Below are positions 27,546-37,729 of a stretch of 64,000 nt of DNA, one piece after another. The DNA is from an uncultured bacterium (lineage in GTDB: Bacteria > Planctomycetota > UBA1135 > GCA-002686595). Where the stretch lies: positions 96,001 through 160,000 of the forward strand of contig CALSNU010000006.1 of NCBI GenBank assembly GCA_943787795.1, written 5' to 3'. The position numbers were made by a program, and so were the translations under genes. A model generated the notes under the pieces. It made no database searches, had not been told where the DNA came from, and was given only the letters and a program-made list of their open reading frames with translations. Within the stretch, counting starts at the first letter, position 1. The number at the start of each line of letters is the position of its first letter.

Positions 27546-30446
27546 TCAGTCGCCCAGCTCCAACCAGTTGAGGTTCCACTGGTTCCCGACGGCCAGCAGG
27601 CGGATCGTGTGCTCACCCGGCTCCAGCGAGAGCAGGGCGCCCTCCACGGTAGTGTAGAGCTGCCACTCGCCCGTGTCCGGCACCTTGATCGCGTCCACCT
27701 GAGTGCCGTCGACCAGGACGGTGAAGCCGTCACTCCCCGACTGGGAGGCCAGCCGGTAGGTCAGCTTGAAGTCCCCGGCTCGCTCCACCTTGACCTTGAA
27801 GTCGACGGTGTCGCCCGGCTCGAAGAAGCCGAGGTTGAGCCCGCCACCCTCGTCACCGCAGGCCTCGGTCTCGGCCCCCTTCATCTGGGAGAAGAACTCG
27901 GCCTCCAGGCGGGCGGGGAGCGCGACCGCCGGCGCCGGGGTCCGAGCGACGTCACTGCGCCCGCTCTCGAGGCTCCCGCTGACGGAGGTGACCGTGTAGA
28001 AGTGGGCGCGGTCTGCGGGCGGCGCGTCATCCCTGAAGGTGGTCGCCGCGAGCCCGCGGGCGACGCGGACGCCCCTCTCTCCGGCGAGCTCCGCCCGGTA
28101 GACGTTGTAGGTGGCTTGGGCGGAGGAGCCCGGCGACCAGGTCAACTCGACGCCGTCATCGCCGACCTCGAGGGCCAGCTCGACCGGGGCCTTGGGGTCG
28201 GGGAACGGGATGCTGGGATCCCACGACTCGTGGCGGACCCAGTCCACCTCCATGACCCACTCACCGCTCATGGGGGTGTCGGTGATCTTCGCGTAGTTGA
28301 GGATGGCGAACATGGCCTCGGGGTACTTGTCTCCCTCTCCGGGGTTCCGGTGCACCTCCTGGCCGTCGACCCGATAGATCAGGTCAGCGCCGGCCCACTC
28401 CACGGAGTACTCGTGGTACTCGTCGAGACTGGCCACGATGTCCGTGCGCAGCGTCCACCAGTCCCCCTTGTCATTGCCGAGGTTCTTGATGGCCCCGGTG
28501 GTGAAGTGGTCCGCGGGGCCGTCGCCGTGGTGCTCGAAGATGTCGATCTCGCCGGAGCCCGTCAGCGGCCAGGGCACGGTCTCGTCGCCCTCCTGCACCG
28601 GCGCCTCGTTGTTCTGGGCACCGAGGATCCACCAGGCGGGGAACATGCTCGCCTCACCGTTGCCCCAGGTGCGGAGCCTGGCGGTCCACCGGCCCTTGAC
28701 GAACTCCTGGCGGTTCTTCGAGCAGATGCGGCCGGCGACGTACTGGGTGTCGGGGTGCTTCTCGCCCTTCTTGCTGAGGTTGTCACAGGGGCACGGCTCA
28801 CCGATGTTGATGACCTTGAGCTTGATGGAGCCGTTGCTGACCTCACGGGTGCCGTACTGGTTGTCCGGCACGTAGCACTGCTTCTCGTTGTTCACCCAGA
28901 TCATCTGGTCTTGCCAGTTGGCCTCGCTGAACGTGTCGAAGTCATCGAAGAAGTCCGTCTGCCAACCGCTGGGCTGCTCGGTGTCGTAGACCAGGGTCTG
29001 GATGGCGCGCGCCGGGATCGTGGTCGGAGCCTCATGCCTGTCGACGCAGAAGCGGTAGGTCACAGGCGCGTCCGAGAGGTTGAGGACCACCGTGGCGAGG
29101 CGGCCGTCCGGGTTCATGAACGACGTCGTCTGCAGGGTGCTCCGGGTGCTGACGGCGCTGACGCGCTCTGCGCCGGGGCGCATGAACTTCGAGAAGTGCC
29201 CGATGTAGCTGTAGGTCGGGGTGTAGATCAGCTCGCCCGTTTCACGCTCGGCGTGGACCGGGGCGAAACAGAAGTTCCCCACGTGGTTCGGGCCGCCCGT
29301 GTCATCCAGCAAGACGTTCCAGTCGATCCACCCGACCGCCCCGGCGTTGAGGTCGTTCAGGATGGCGTGGCCATAGCGCTCGGCGTTGGGCCAGTGCTGG
29401 TAGCGAGCCGGGTCAAAGCCCTCCACGGTGGCCTCGGTGAGCAGGACGTTCACCCCGGGGTAGGCCTCGCCGACCTCCTCGACGTTGCCGAACATTGGCT
29501 CGCCCCCCGCCCAGGTCTCGTACCAATGGAAGCCGACACCCCAGGCGTACTTGGCCGCCTCGGGGTCGCTGAGGATCGTGTGGGCCCGGTGGGTGACCAG
29601 GTCTCGATTGTGATCCCAGACGACGATCTTGCGGTCGCCGTAGCCCGCCGCCTCCATGGTCGGTCCGAGGTGATCGCGGAGGAAGTCACGCTCCTCCTCC
29701 GCCGTGTAGATCATGGACTCCCAGGTCTGCCGTGCGAGGGGCTCGTTCTGCACGGTGACCCCCCAGATCGGGATGCCCTCGGCCTCATAGGCAGCGATGA
29801 ACCTCGTGAAGTAGTTCGCCCACGCCGCCCGGTAGCGCGGCAACAGCTTGCCGCCCTGCAGCATGTTACCGTTGTCCTTCATGAAGGCCGGCGCGCTCCA
29901 GGGGCTGGCGCAGGTGGTCAGCGAGCCGCCCGCCACGCGGATGGCCTCGCGGATCATGGGGATGCGGAACCTTCGGTCGGGCGCCACGTCGAAGGTGCTG
30001 AGCTCCTCATCGCCGTCTTCGATGTAGGTGTAGCTCGCGCTTGAGAAGTCGCAGCTGTGGATAGGCGTGCGGATCAGGCTGTAGCCGAGGCCCTCCTCCT
30101 CGCTGAAGAGCGACCGCATGAAGCTCTGCTGGGTGGCCGGATCGAGCTCCGCATAGACCTCGGCGCTCGCGTCCGTGATGGCGCCCCCGAGGCCGAGCAG
30201 CGTCTGGAAGCTGCGCTCGGGGGCCACGAAGATCGCCGTGTCAGACTCCGGCGACTGGCGGGCCGGGAGCAGCTGAAGGGTCTCTTCGAGGGCGAGCCGC
30301 AGGTCCGTGTCCATCGCCGTGGTGTAGACCTCAACGCTAGTGCCGTCGGGGGATTGGGCCGCAGAGGCAAAGGAGACCGACGGCAGGGCGAGGAGGAGAG
30401 CCGCGGAGCGCGTTGTCATCATCAGATGCGTGAGGTGGTGTTTCAT
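27546..30446 (-). CDS. Multidomain glucanase: GH30 + GH16 + Fn3-like + CBM6
   Basis: GH30 motifs GLGGAITDA, IHSCDFS, SPWSAP, QNEP, DHNRD, LLTEA, DWN and GGPNH; GH16 motifs FPAWWILG and GEIDIFEH; CBM6-like EAE...NLGFFEPGD...TGEWQ...NLNWL. Confidence 0.9.
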   Translation of the reverse strand: MKHHLTHLMMTTRSAALLLALPSVSFASAAQSPDGTSVEVYTTAMDTDLRLALEETLQLLPARQSPESDTAIFVAPERSFQTLLGLGGAITDASAEVYAELDPATQQSFMRSLFSEEEGLGYSLIRTPIHSCDFSSASYTYIEDGDEELSTFDVAPDRRFRIPMIREAIRVAGGSLTTCASPWSAPAFMKDNGNMLQGGKLLPRYRAAWANYFTRFIAAYEAEGIPIWGVTVQNEPLARQTWESMIYTAEEERDFLRDHLGPTMEAAGYGDRKIVVWDHNRDLVTHRAHTILSDPEAAKYAWGVGFHWYETWAGGEPMFGNVEEVGEAYPGVNVLLTEATVEGFDPARYQHWPNAERYGHAILNDLNAGAVGWIDWNVLLDDTGGPNHVGNFCFAPVHAERETGELIYTPTYSYIGHFSKFMRPGAERVSAVSTRSTLQTTSFMNPDGRLATVVLNLSDAPVTYRFCVDRHEAPTTIPARAIQTLVYDTEQPSGWQTDFFDDFDTFSEANWQDQMIWVNNEKQCYVPDNQYGTREVSNGSIKLKVINIGEPCPCDNLSKKGEKHPDTQYVAGRICSKNRQEFVKGRWTARLRTWGNGEASMFPAWWILGAQNNEAPVQEGDETVPWPLTGSGEIDIFEHHGDGPADHFTTGAIKNLGNDKGDWWTLRTDIVASLDEYHEYSVEWAGADLIYRVDGQEVHRNPGEGDKYPEAMFAILNYAKITDTPMSGEWVMEVDWVRHESWDPSIPFPDPKAPVELALEVGDDGVELTWSPGSSAQATYNVYRAELAGERGVRVARGLAATTFRDDAPPADRAHFYTVTSVSGSLESGRSDVARTPAPAVALPARLEAEFFSQMKGAETEACGDEGGGLNLGFFEPGDTVDFKVKVERAGDFKLTYRLASQSGSDGFTVLVDGTQVDAIKVPDTGEWQLYTTVEGALLSLEPGEHTIRLLAVGNQWNLNWLELGD

Positions 30447-30776
30447 GAACAGGGGGAGAGCGGCGCCGAAGATAACCGCCGCGGCGGACTCCACGCCGGA
30501 CCGGTGGGCCCTGACGCCATGAACGGGCGCGGCGTGCTGACGCATCCGAGCCAGGCGCTCAACGTTGATCGTGCCCGACCCCGTCCCGAACCCGGCCCGA
30601 CCCCGGCGGAACCTCCGCGGAACCTCCGCGGATTTCCCTGGCGAGAGGGCCTCCGGGCCGCGAGCCGCCGGCTCCACGCGCGCGAGGGGGCCGGAGCGCG
30701 CAGGTTGCGCTCCCCGCCTGTGCGCTCCCCCGTGCGCGCCCGCAGCTCGCCTGGCCCCGGCGGGCCTATGGGGCCG

Positions 30777-32039
30777 TCACTGCGGGACGCCTTGGGCTGC
30801 GCTCGCGCCGGTTCCGGCGAGGTAGCCGCTGGCGAAGGCCCACTGGAGGTTGAAGCCCCCGCACGGGCCGTCGAGGTCCAGGACCTCCCCGCACAGGTAC
30901 AGCCCGGGCTGTAGCTTGCTCTCCATGGTCTCGGGGCGAACGTCCTTGAGGCGGGCGCCGCCGCGGGTGATGAAGGCTCCGTCGTAGCCGGTGTGTCCCG
31001 TGATCGTGATCGGCGTTCGGGCGAGCGTGCGCGCAAGGGTGTCTCGGGCCTCTCCCTTGAGCCCCTGGACCGTCAGGTCGGAGGCGACCTCGCTCAGCTC
31101 GCACATCACCTCCGCCAACTCCAGGGGGAGGTGCTCGGTCAGCGCGTCTTGGACCGACCGCTTCGCGCCGGCGCGCCAGTCCTTGAAGATGCCTTGCCAG
31201 TCCTCCTGGGTCTTCCCTCGGCAGAGGTTGAGCACCAGGGGCACCTCGCCGTACCGGTCCAGGAGCGGAGAGAGCTCACGCGAGATATCCAGCACGACGG
31301 GGCCCCGCAGGCCGTTCTTCGTGAAGATGAGGTCTCCGGTGCGAGCGACCTTGGCGTGCTTCTTGATCGCCACCTGAAGGTGCGCCTTCCCGATCGTGTG
31401 GGCGGTGCAGCGCGCCGGCCAGTCCTCTGCCGTGACGACGGGAACGCCGGCGGGGTGGCGCGCGGTGATCTTGTGCCCGAAGCCCTCGGCGAACCGGTAG
31501 CCGCCGCCGGACGCGCCGGACTTTGGGAGCGCGAGGCCGCCGGTGGCGATGATGAGTTCCCGGGCCCGATGGGTCCCCTCCGCGTGCTGGGCCTCGAACA
31601 GTCCGCCCTCGAAGCGAGTCTCGAGCACCTCGCAGCCGGTGAAGACGGGGACCTCGAGCCGCGCGAGCTCGCCGACCAGGCCCGCGAGGACGGTGGAGGA
31701 CTTGCGGGTCTCGGGCCAAACCCGGAACCCGTCGTGGACGACGGTCTCGACGCCGATCTCGTGGAAGAACTCACGCAGCTTCGGTCCTCCCAGACCCTCG
31801 AGCGCCGGGCCCATGAAGCGGCCGTCCCGTCCGACGCGCTCCATGAACTGATCCGTCTCGAGGGTGTTCGAGAGGTTGCATCGCTGGCCCCCTGAAGCCA
31901 GCAACTTTCGTCCCGGTGAGGAAGAGCGCTCGACGATGGCGGCACGGCGGCCCAGTCGGGCAGCGCGGATGCCCGCCACCATCCCGGAGGCTCCGGCCCC
32001 GATGATCAGCACATCCAGCGGTTCGTCTTGGGTCTCCAT
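30777..32039 (-). CDS. HI0933/YhiN/BaiN-like flavoprotein
   Basis: IIGAGASG, GRKLLASGGQRCNLSN, ATGGLALP, FTKNGLRGP, TRGG and GEVLDLDGPCGGFNLQWAFASG. Confidence 0.93.
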   Translation of the reverse strand: METQDEPLDVLIIGAGASGMVAGIRAARLGRRAAIVERSSSPGRKLLASGGQRCNLSNTLETDQFMERVGRDGRFMGPALEGLGGPKLREFFHEIGVETVVHDGFRVWPETRKSSTVLAGLVGELARLEVPVFTGCEVLETRFEGGLFEAQHAEGTHRARELIIATGGLALPKSGASGGGYRFAEGFGHKITARHPAGVPVVTAEDWPARCTAHTIGKAHLQVAIKKHAKVARTGDLIFTKNGLRGPVVLDISRELSPLLDRYGEVPLVLNLCRGKTQEDWQGIFKDWRAGAKRSVQDALTEHLPLELAEVMCELSEVASDLTVQGLKGEARDTLARTLARTPITITGHTGYDGAFITRGGARLKDVRPETMESKLQPGLYLCGEVLDLDGPCGGFNLQWAFASGYLAGTGASAAQGVPQ

Positions 32040-32289
32040 GGGATGACTTCGAGGAGAGGAGTCTAGCCTGAGATGCGGGGCTGGTCGTGGGCTCCACAGG
32101 CAGCAGCCTCCGATTCGAGACCGACGCGGGCCCCTCGGTTCCGCGGAGGGGGCCCAGCCCCTGCGCGCCGGCCTGGGAGGGCCTGCTCCACCCGCTCGCT
32201 ACGCATGGGCGTGCGGGCTTTGGGCGCCTGCGGGGGCGGGCCGCGCGTCGCGGCACCGCGCTATGCGGCCGGGCAGGACGCTTCAGCGC

Positions 32290-33693
32290 TCATCGCCCGA
32301 CGAGCGTGGCGCGGAAGCGTTTCCCCTTGATGCGCCCCTGGTTCAGGCGCTCCGCGGCCATCGGCGCGAGGTGGTGCCGGACGGCGACGTAGGAGAGACG
32401 ATCCTGAACCTCGATCTTCCCGACCTCGTCACCAGAGAGGCCACCGGCGTCGCCGGTCAGCGCCCCGACGATGTCGCCCGGGCGAACCTTGTCCTTGCGG
32501 CCCCCGGAGATCAGGATCGACCGCATGGGCGCGGGACCCGCGATGGCGGCCAGCCGCTGGCGATGGGTCTGCTCGGAGTCGTCCAGCCTCAGCTCCGTGA
32601 GGGACGACCCGGTCAGGGCCTCCACGGATGCGACGCGCGCATCCTGCGGGCCAACGGCGAGGGAGACCGCCTGGCCGGAGGCCTCCGCGCGGCCGGTCCG
32701 CCCGATGCGATGGACGTAGATCTCGGGCTGTTGGGGGAGCTCGTAGTTGATGACCAGGTCGAGGCCTTCCACGTCGATGCCGCGGCCGGCCACATCGGTC
32801 GCGACGAGGCGCCGGACGCTCTCTCCGCGAAAGCGGCTCAGGACCTGATCGCGGTGGAACTGATCCAGGCTTCCGTCCAGGCGGTCCGCGCTGACTCCGG
32901 CGGCCTGGAGGCGATCGGTGACCTGCTGCACGCTGGCCTTGTAGTTGCAAAAGATGATGGCGGACTCGTGCGCGCGGGTCGCGAGGACGCGGACTAGCGC
33001 GTCGAAGCGCTCATCGGGTGGGGTGAAGACCTTCCACTCACCGATGGCAGGAGCCGAGGCCCCGGTGGTCTCGGTGGAGACCCGGACCGCGTCGCGCTGG
33101 TAGGCGCTGGCCATGCGCTCGATCTCGTCGGGGAGGGTGGCGGAGAACAGCACGGTCTGCCGCTCTGCCGGCAGCCTGCGGACCACCGTGGCGACGTCGG
33201 GTCCAAAGCCCATGTCGAGCATCCTGTCGGCCTCATCCAGGACGAGGGTCGCGACGGCCCCGGTCTGGAGCGCGCCAGAACCGAGCAGGTCCATCACTCG
33301 CCCAGGCGTCCCCACCGCGAGGTGAGCTCCCCGTGCCAGGGCTTCGCGCTGTCCCTTCGCCGGTTGTCCGCCTACCAGCTCGACCACCGTGAGGCCGGGG
33401 AGGCTGCGGCCCAGGGTCCGGATATCCCTCCGCACCTGTGCGCTCAGCTCTCGCGTCGGGCACAAGACCAGGCCCTGGAGCTCGCGGCGCCCGATGTCCA
33501 GCCGCTGCAGCATGGGCAGCGCGAAGGCCGCCGTCTTGCCGCTGCCCGTCTTGGACTTTCCGATCAGGTCCAGCCCGGAGAGCAGCGGGGGAATGGCCGC
33601 GGCCTGAATCTCGGTGGGTGCCCGATAGCCAAGCTCCTGGGTGACTCGGACGAGTTCGGAGTCAAGTCCCAGGGAATCGAAGGAGATGGGCAC
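32290..33693 (-). CDS. dbpA: ATP-dependent RNA helicase DbpA
   Basis: Q motif, TGSGKT, PTREL, TPGR, DEAD, SAT and HRIGRTGR; DbpA RNA-binding domain GGRKDKVRPGDIVGALT. Start placed at GTG 33693. Confidence 0.92.
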   Translation of the reverse strand: MPISFDSLGLDSELVRVTQELGYRAPTEIQAAAIPPLLSGLDLIGKSKTGSGKTAAFALPMLQRLDIGRRELQGLVLCPTRELSAQVRRDIRTLGRSLPGLTVVELVGGQPAKGQREALARGAHLAVGTPGRVMDLLGSGALQTGAVATLVLDEADRMLDMGFGPDVATVVRRLPAERQTVLFSATLPDEIERMASAYQRDAVRVSTETTGASAPAIGEWKVFTPPDERFDALVRVLATRAHESAIIFCNYKASVQQVTDRLQAAGVSADRLDGSLDQFHRDQVLSRFRGESVRRLVATDVAGRGIDVEGLDLVINYELPQQPEIYVHRIGRTGRAEASGQAVSLAVGPQDARVASVEALTGSSLTELRLDDSEQTHRQRLAAIAGPAPMRSILISGGRKDKVRPGDIVGALTGDAGGLSGDEVGKIEVQDRLSYVAVRHHLAPMAAERLNQGRIKGKRFRATLVGR

Positions 33694-33925
33694 GGCGGGA
33701 GGGGCTGGTTGAGGTGGTGGGGCTGAGGCTGAGGGCCCGTTCCCGGGAACCGGGGGCCCGGGGCGCTGGCCCCCTGGGCGGACCCTAGCACGCAGGTAGG
33801 TGCCGTTGGGTGCCGTTGATTGAACGGAGGGCGTTGGCGGGGTGGGCCGGGCCCATTCATCCAGAGCCGAGGGGGGGGCGCCGGTCCGGAGGCTCGAGGG
33901 CGGTTTGGCGGCCTCTGACCCCGCG

Positions 33926-34850
33926 CTAGAACATCCCGCCGCCGATCTCGGCGAGCAGGCGAATGATCGCATTCGAGGGCCCCCAGGTGGAACCGTGGCC
34001 CGGTCTGGGCCGGGCGGAAGGGAACGCCGAGGGTGAGCGCCTGGGGGCCTGAAGGGACGGCGCCGGGTCGGCCCAATCCGTTGCTGAGCCAGCAGCGCCT
34101 TCAGCGGACTCGCCCCTGGCGCCCGATTGGACCATGGCAAGGCACCGCTCCAGCTCATCGCGGTCGAACCAGATGCCGTGATTTTTGCAGACGTCGAGCA
34201 CGACACCCGCGGGCCTCCCACCGACCCGGAACTGCCTCCTCTGCATGTGCTGACCGCAGGTCAGGCATGGGATGTACATCGGCCCGACCTCCCGCTTGGT
34301 CGGTGGCCCGTCGAAGACCTGCTGATCCGGGGCTTGTGGCGTGGAGCGCCCCTCCTGCGCCGCGGCGCGTGAGGTCCGCTGGATCCGACGGAAGGCCTCC
34401 CGGCTGGTCCACATCCCCCCGCAGCCCCCAGTGCTCCCGCACTCAATCACCTCGGCTTCTGGCAGCAGGTGCACCCTGAGCGGTCCCTCGCAGCGAGGGC
34501 ACTTGCCGTCGCGTGGGAGCGGGGGGAATGGCGGAGGCGCGGAGCTCGACGCCGCATGCGTTGCAGTGCTTGTAGTCATGCCGTAATCGAGCGGCACACA
34601 CCGGGCAGAGGGTGGTCGCTTCGCGGTCGCCTGGTGAGAGGGCCGCCGTGCAGAAGGGGCACTCTGTGTCCTCCTCGCTCAGGACACCGCCGCAGTGGCC
34701 GCAGGCGAGGCCGCCGACGGAGAGGATCTTCGGGGGGCCAACGGTGAGAAGCGCGTCACACACGCACATCACCTGCTGGCCCACGGCCAGCGCCGTGACG
34801 TCGAGTTGCCGGCTACATGAGCCACAGGACAGCAAGTGCATCCGCTTCAC
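33926..34850 (-). CDS. Multi-zinc-ribbon protein (double zinc ribbon + zf-TFIIB-like); +1 frameshift in G6 at 34521-34526
   Basis: Many CxxC pairs. Deleting one G joins ...RASAIPP to LPRDGKCPRC...CGGMW...CLTC...DVCKNHGIWFDRDEL. Confidence 0.75.
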
Positions 34851-34926
34851 GGGGCGAGCTTACTGGGCGCAATGGCGTCTATTCATCGCCGTCCCCATTT
34901 ACGCCGGGGTGGAGGGCGGAAACCGT

Positions 34927-35024
34927 CCGCGCACTGATCTCCGCGCACTGATCTCCGCGCAATGATCTCCGCACAATGATCTCCTCACAATGACCTCCGC
35001 ACAATGACCTCCGCACAATGATCG
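34927..35024. repeat. 14-bp tandem repeat (CCGCRCAMTGAYCT) x7
   Basis: Read directly; intergenic; units drift stepwise. Confidence 0.95.
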
Positions 35025-35123
35025 CTCCACGGGGACCGACCGCTGCACAAAGAGGGAAGGGCGGCGTCGGAGGTCCCGTCGCCGCCCTGGTGGGCCTCGT
35101 CTCCAATCCTGGGTCTTCGCCCC

Positions 35124-36026
35124 TCAGGGTGCGAGGACGGTGTCGATGAAGTGGATGTTGCCGTTGGACGCCTGGACGTCACCGAAGACAACGCGAGCTC
35201 CGTCGACGAACACCTCACCGTTCTGGACCGTGACGGGGAGGGTCTTGCCCCCGACGGTGACCAGCTGGCCGGCGGCGATGACCTCGTCCGCGAAGAGGCG
35301 CCCGGGCACGACGTGGACGAGGAGGATGGACTCGAGCGTCGGGACGCCGGAGGGCGCCGCGAGGGACCGCAGGGTCGAGGGCGAGATCTGCTGGAAGGCG
35401 GCATTCGTCGGAGCAAAGACCGTGAACTCGCCCGCCTCGAGGGTCGGAATCAGGTTGGTGAAGCCAAGCAGCGCCGTGAGGTACGCCGCGTCCGGGGCAC
35501 CCACGGCCGTCGCGACCAGCGAGTCCGCGGCGGGGAGCAGGACCGCGTCGATGACGTGGATCACACCGTTGGAGCAGACGAGGTCGGTGACCTGGATCAG
35601 CGCCTGGTCGATGAACGGCGCCCCGCCCTGGAGGGAGATCGTCGTGCGCTGGCCGTTCAGCATGTCAATGGACGGCACGGCGAGGACGTTCGAGGCGAGC
35701 AGACCGCCACCGGCGACGTGGTACAGCAGGATCTCCGAGAGCGCCGCGGGGTCCGCGATGAGCGCGGAGAGCACCCCGGGGGGCAGGTTATTGAACGCCG
35801 CGTCCGTGGGCGCGAAGACGGTGAGGCGGGTGGGGCCTTGAGACCCGTCGAGGGCCGCGTCGAGGCCTGTGATCTGGAGCGCGGTGACCAGGGTGGTGAA
35901 GTTGCCGTTGGCCTCGGCGACCTCCACGATGTTACCGGGGAGGGGACCTTGCGCCGGGGCAGCCGGTGCGGCCGGGGCGAGGGCAGGTCCGAGGGCGACG
36001 GCGAGTAGAGCGAGCATGACGGTCAA
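35124..36026 (-). CDS. Fasciclin (2x FAS1) domain protein
   Basis: TVFAPTDAAF/TVFAPTNAAF, ILLYHV and NGVIHVIDAVL/NGNIHFIDTVL; signal peptide. Confidence 0.95.
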   Translation of the reverse strand: MTVMLALLAVALGPALAPAAPAAPAQGPLPGNIVEVAEANGNFTTLVTALQITGLDAALDGSQGPTRLTVFAPTDAAFNNLPPGVLSALIADPAALSEILLYHVAGGGLLASNVLAVPSIDMLNGQRTTISLQGGAPFIDQALIQVTDLVCSNGVIHVIDAVLLPAADSLVATAVGAPDAAYLTALLGFTNLIPTLEAGEFTVFAPTNAAFQQISPSTLRSLAAPSGVPTLESILLVHVVPGRLFADEVIAAGQLVTVGGKTLPVTVQNGEVFVDGARVVFGDVQASNGNIHFIDTVLAP

Positions 36027-36552
36027 TGGGTTGGTGGTCAGATCGTTCCCTGAAGCTGGAACGGTCGGGGGAGGTGGGCGCGCCGAATGACGCGCCGCTC
36101 ACGAGGCGCCGATCGTTGAAGTCGACAGCGCGTTGCTCCCAAGGCTTCGCGGACCTCGGCGGCCACGGATGCAGACTGCGGATCCAAAAACGAAACTGCG
36201 CCAAGAACGGCGCTCCTGGCCCCTGGAGGCGGTTCACGGGACGTTCCGCGCGCGGAACGTCGGGTGACGTGCTACCCCCGAGTAACGCAGTTCGCCGCGG
36301 GTTCCCTCCACGCCAGCCACCCAGGAAACATCGCGATCGAATTTGGGGGCTGCGGGTGAAGTGAAGCGGTCAGCGCGAGGCGTTGTCGCCGCCGGCCCGA
36401 GCGACTCCATGGGCCCCGGCTTTCGGGGGGGCGCTTCGACTGCGGCACGCCATCCGCCGGGACGCTGAGGCCCCAGCCTCGTGTAAATGGTGCCCGCCAG
36501 GCGACACCTGCGCTCCCACACGTCATCCTGTCGCCGACCGATGCCGAGCACG

Positions 36553-37404
36553 ATGGATCACTGCCCCCTCTGCGAGAGCTCGACCGTTGCTGCGGGCGAG
36601 ACGGACCTCAACAAGTCCGGCGCTGATCTCTTTGCAGGAGAGCGTCAGTTTGCGTGCAGCCCAGAGCGAGTGTCGTTTGTCCGCTGCACGGGGTGTGGGT
36701 TCATGTTCACCGGCTTCTTCGCAGACTGGAGCGACGCCGACTTCAAGGCACGTATTTACAAACGACAGCTATGTGCTGGCCGACCCTCCCTTCGAACATG
36801 AGCGGCCGGCCCGGCTGGCCAAGTACCTGGGGGAAGTCCTGGGACCCGCGCTCCCGAGGGTGTCGCTGCTGGACTTCGGTGCAGGCGAGGGGCGGATGGT
36901 CCAGCACCTTCTCGAGGCAGGGCTGGTGGTCGGCGACGTCTACGACCGATACCACGCCGACGTCGCGGCCCCCCAGCCGGCAATACGACCTCGTGACCGC
37001 CTTCGAGGTGGTGGAGCACGTCCCGGACCAGGCGGCCCTCTTCGACCAGCTCTGCGACCTGGTCGCGCCGGACGGGGGTGCTGCTCCTGAGCACGCTGCT
37101 TCAGCCACCCGGGATCGAGTCTCTGGGGGCTGACTGGTGGTATGCGTGCCCAAGGAACGGCCATATGGCCTTCCATACGTCAGCCAGCCTGCGCGGCTTG
37201 CTGGAGTCCCGGGGCTTCACGCTCCAGTCGCTCTCCGATGAGCTCCACATGGGGGTGCGGGCTCCGGGGCCGCTCTCCCAGAGGCTCGCGGGGTCCGAAC
37301 GCACGCTCAAGGTCTCCGGCGACGGGACCCGCATGGGCGGCCCGGGGGGCGGCCCGAGCGCCGTACCGGGCGCAGGACCGGACACCGGGCCGCGCGGCGC
37401 CTGA
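36553..37404 (+). pseudogene. Class I SAM-dependent methyltransferase with N-terminal Zn ribbon, broken by three +1 frameshifts (possibly sequencing errors)
   Basis: CPLC...CTGCGF, LLDFGAGEG, YDLVTAFEVVEH and WWYACPRNGH lie in successive frames; shifts at A3 36760-62, C6 36969-74 and G5 37074-78. Confidence 0.8.
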
Positions 37405-37729
37405 CGGGCTTCCGCGATGTGCCCTCCTGGTCTGGTGCTGGGTGGTGGGACCTGGTTCACGGTTGAAGCTCAGGCGGAGGCCGTCGCGTCGATGGGATCG
37501 GGGGCCAAGACGAGGGTGAGGACGAGCTGACGACATCTTGGGAGCGCTCGGGTGGAGCAGGCCGGTGTTCGGCGGTCGGGGGCGCGCAGTCCGAATCGGC
37601 GCGGACCCCGCCTGCTGTGCCCGTGGCGCCAAGAGGGCGGAGGCGGCTCGAGGGCGGACGCTCCCCTGGGGCGGGGCCCGGCCGAGTCGTGGTCACGCGG
37701 AGCTCCCTGGCGCTACGATCTCCCGCCCC

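Noticed and set aside
27459..30044. 861-aa plus-strand ORF and many other long antisense ORFs (e.g. 20298-22469, 9469-11274, 43312-45327)
   Set aside because: These are shadow ORFs opposite well-supported genes, expected in high-GC DNA, and have no recognisable motifs.
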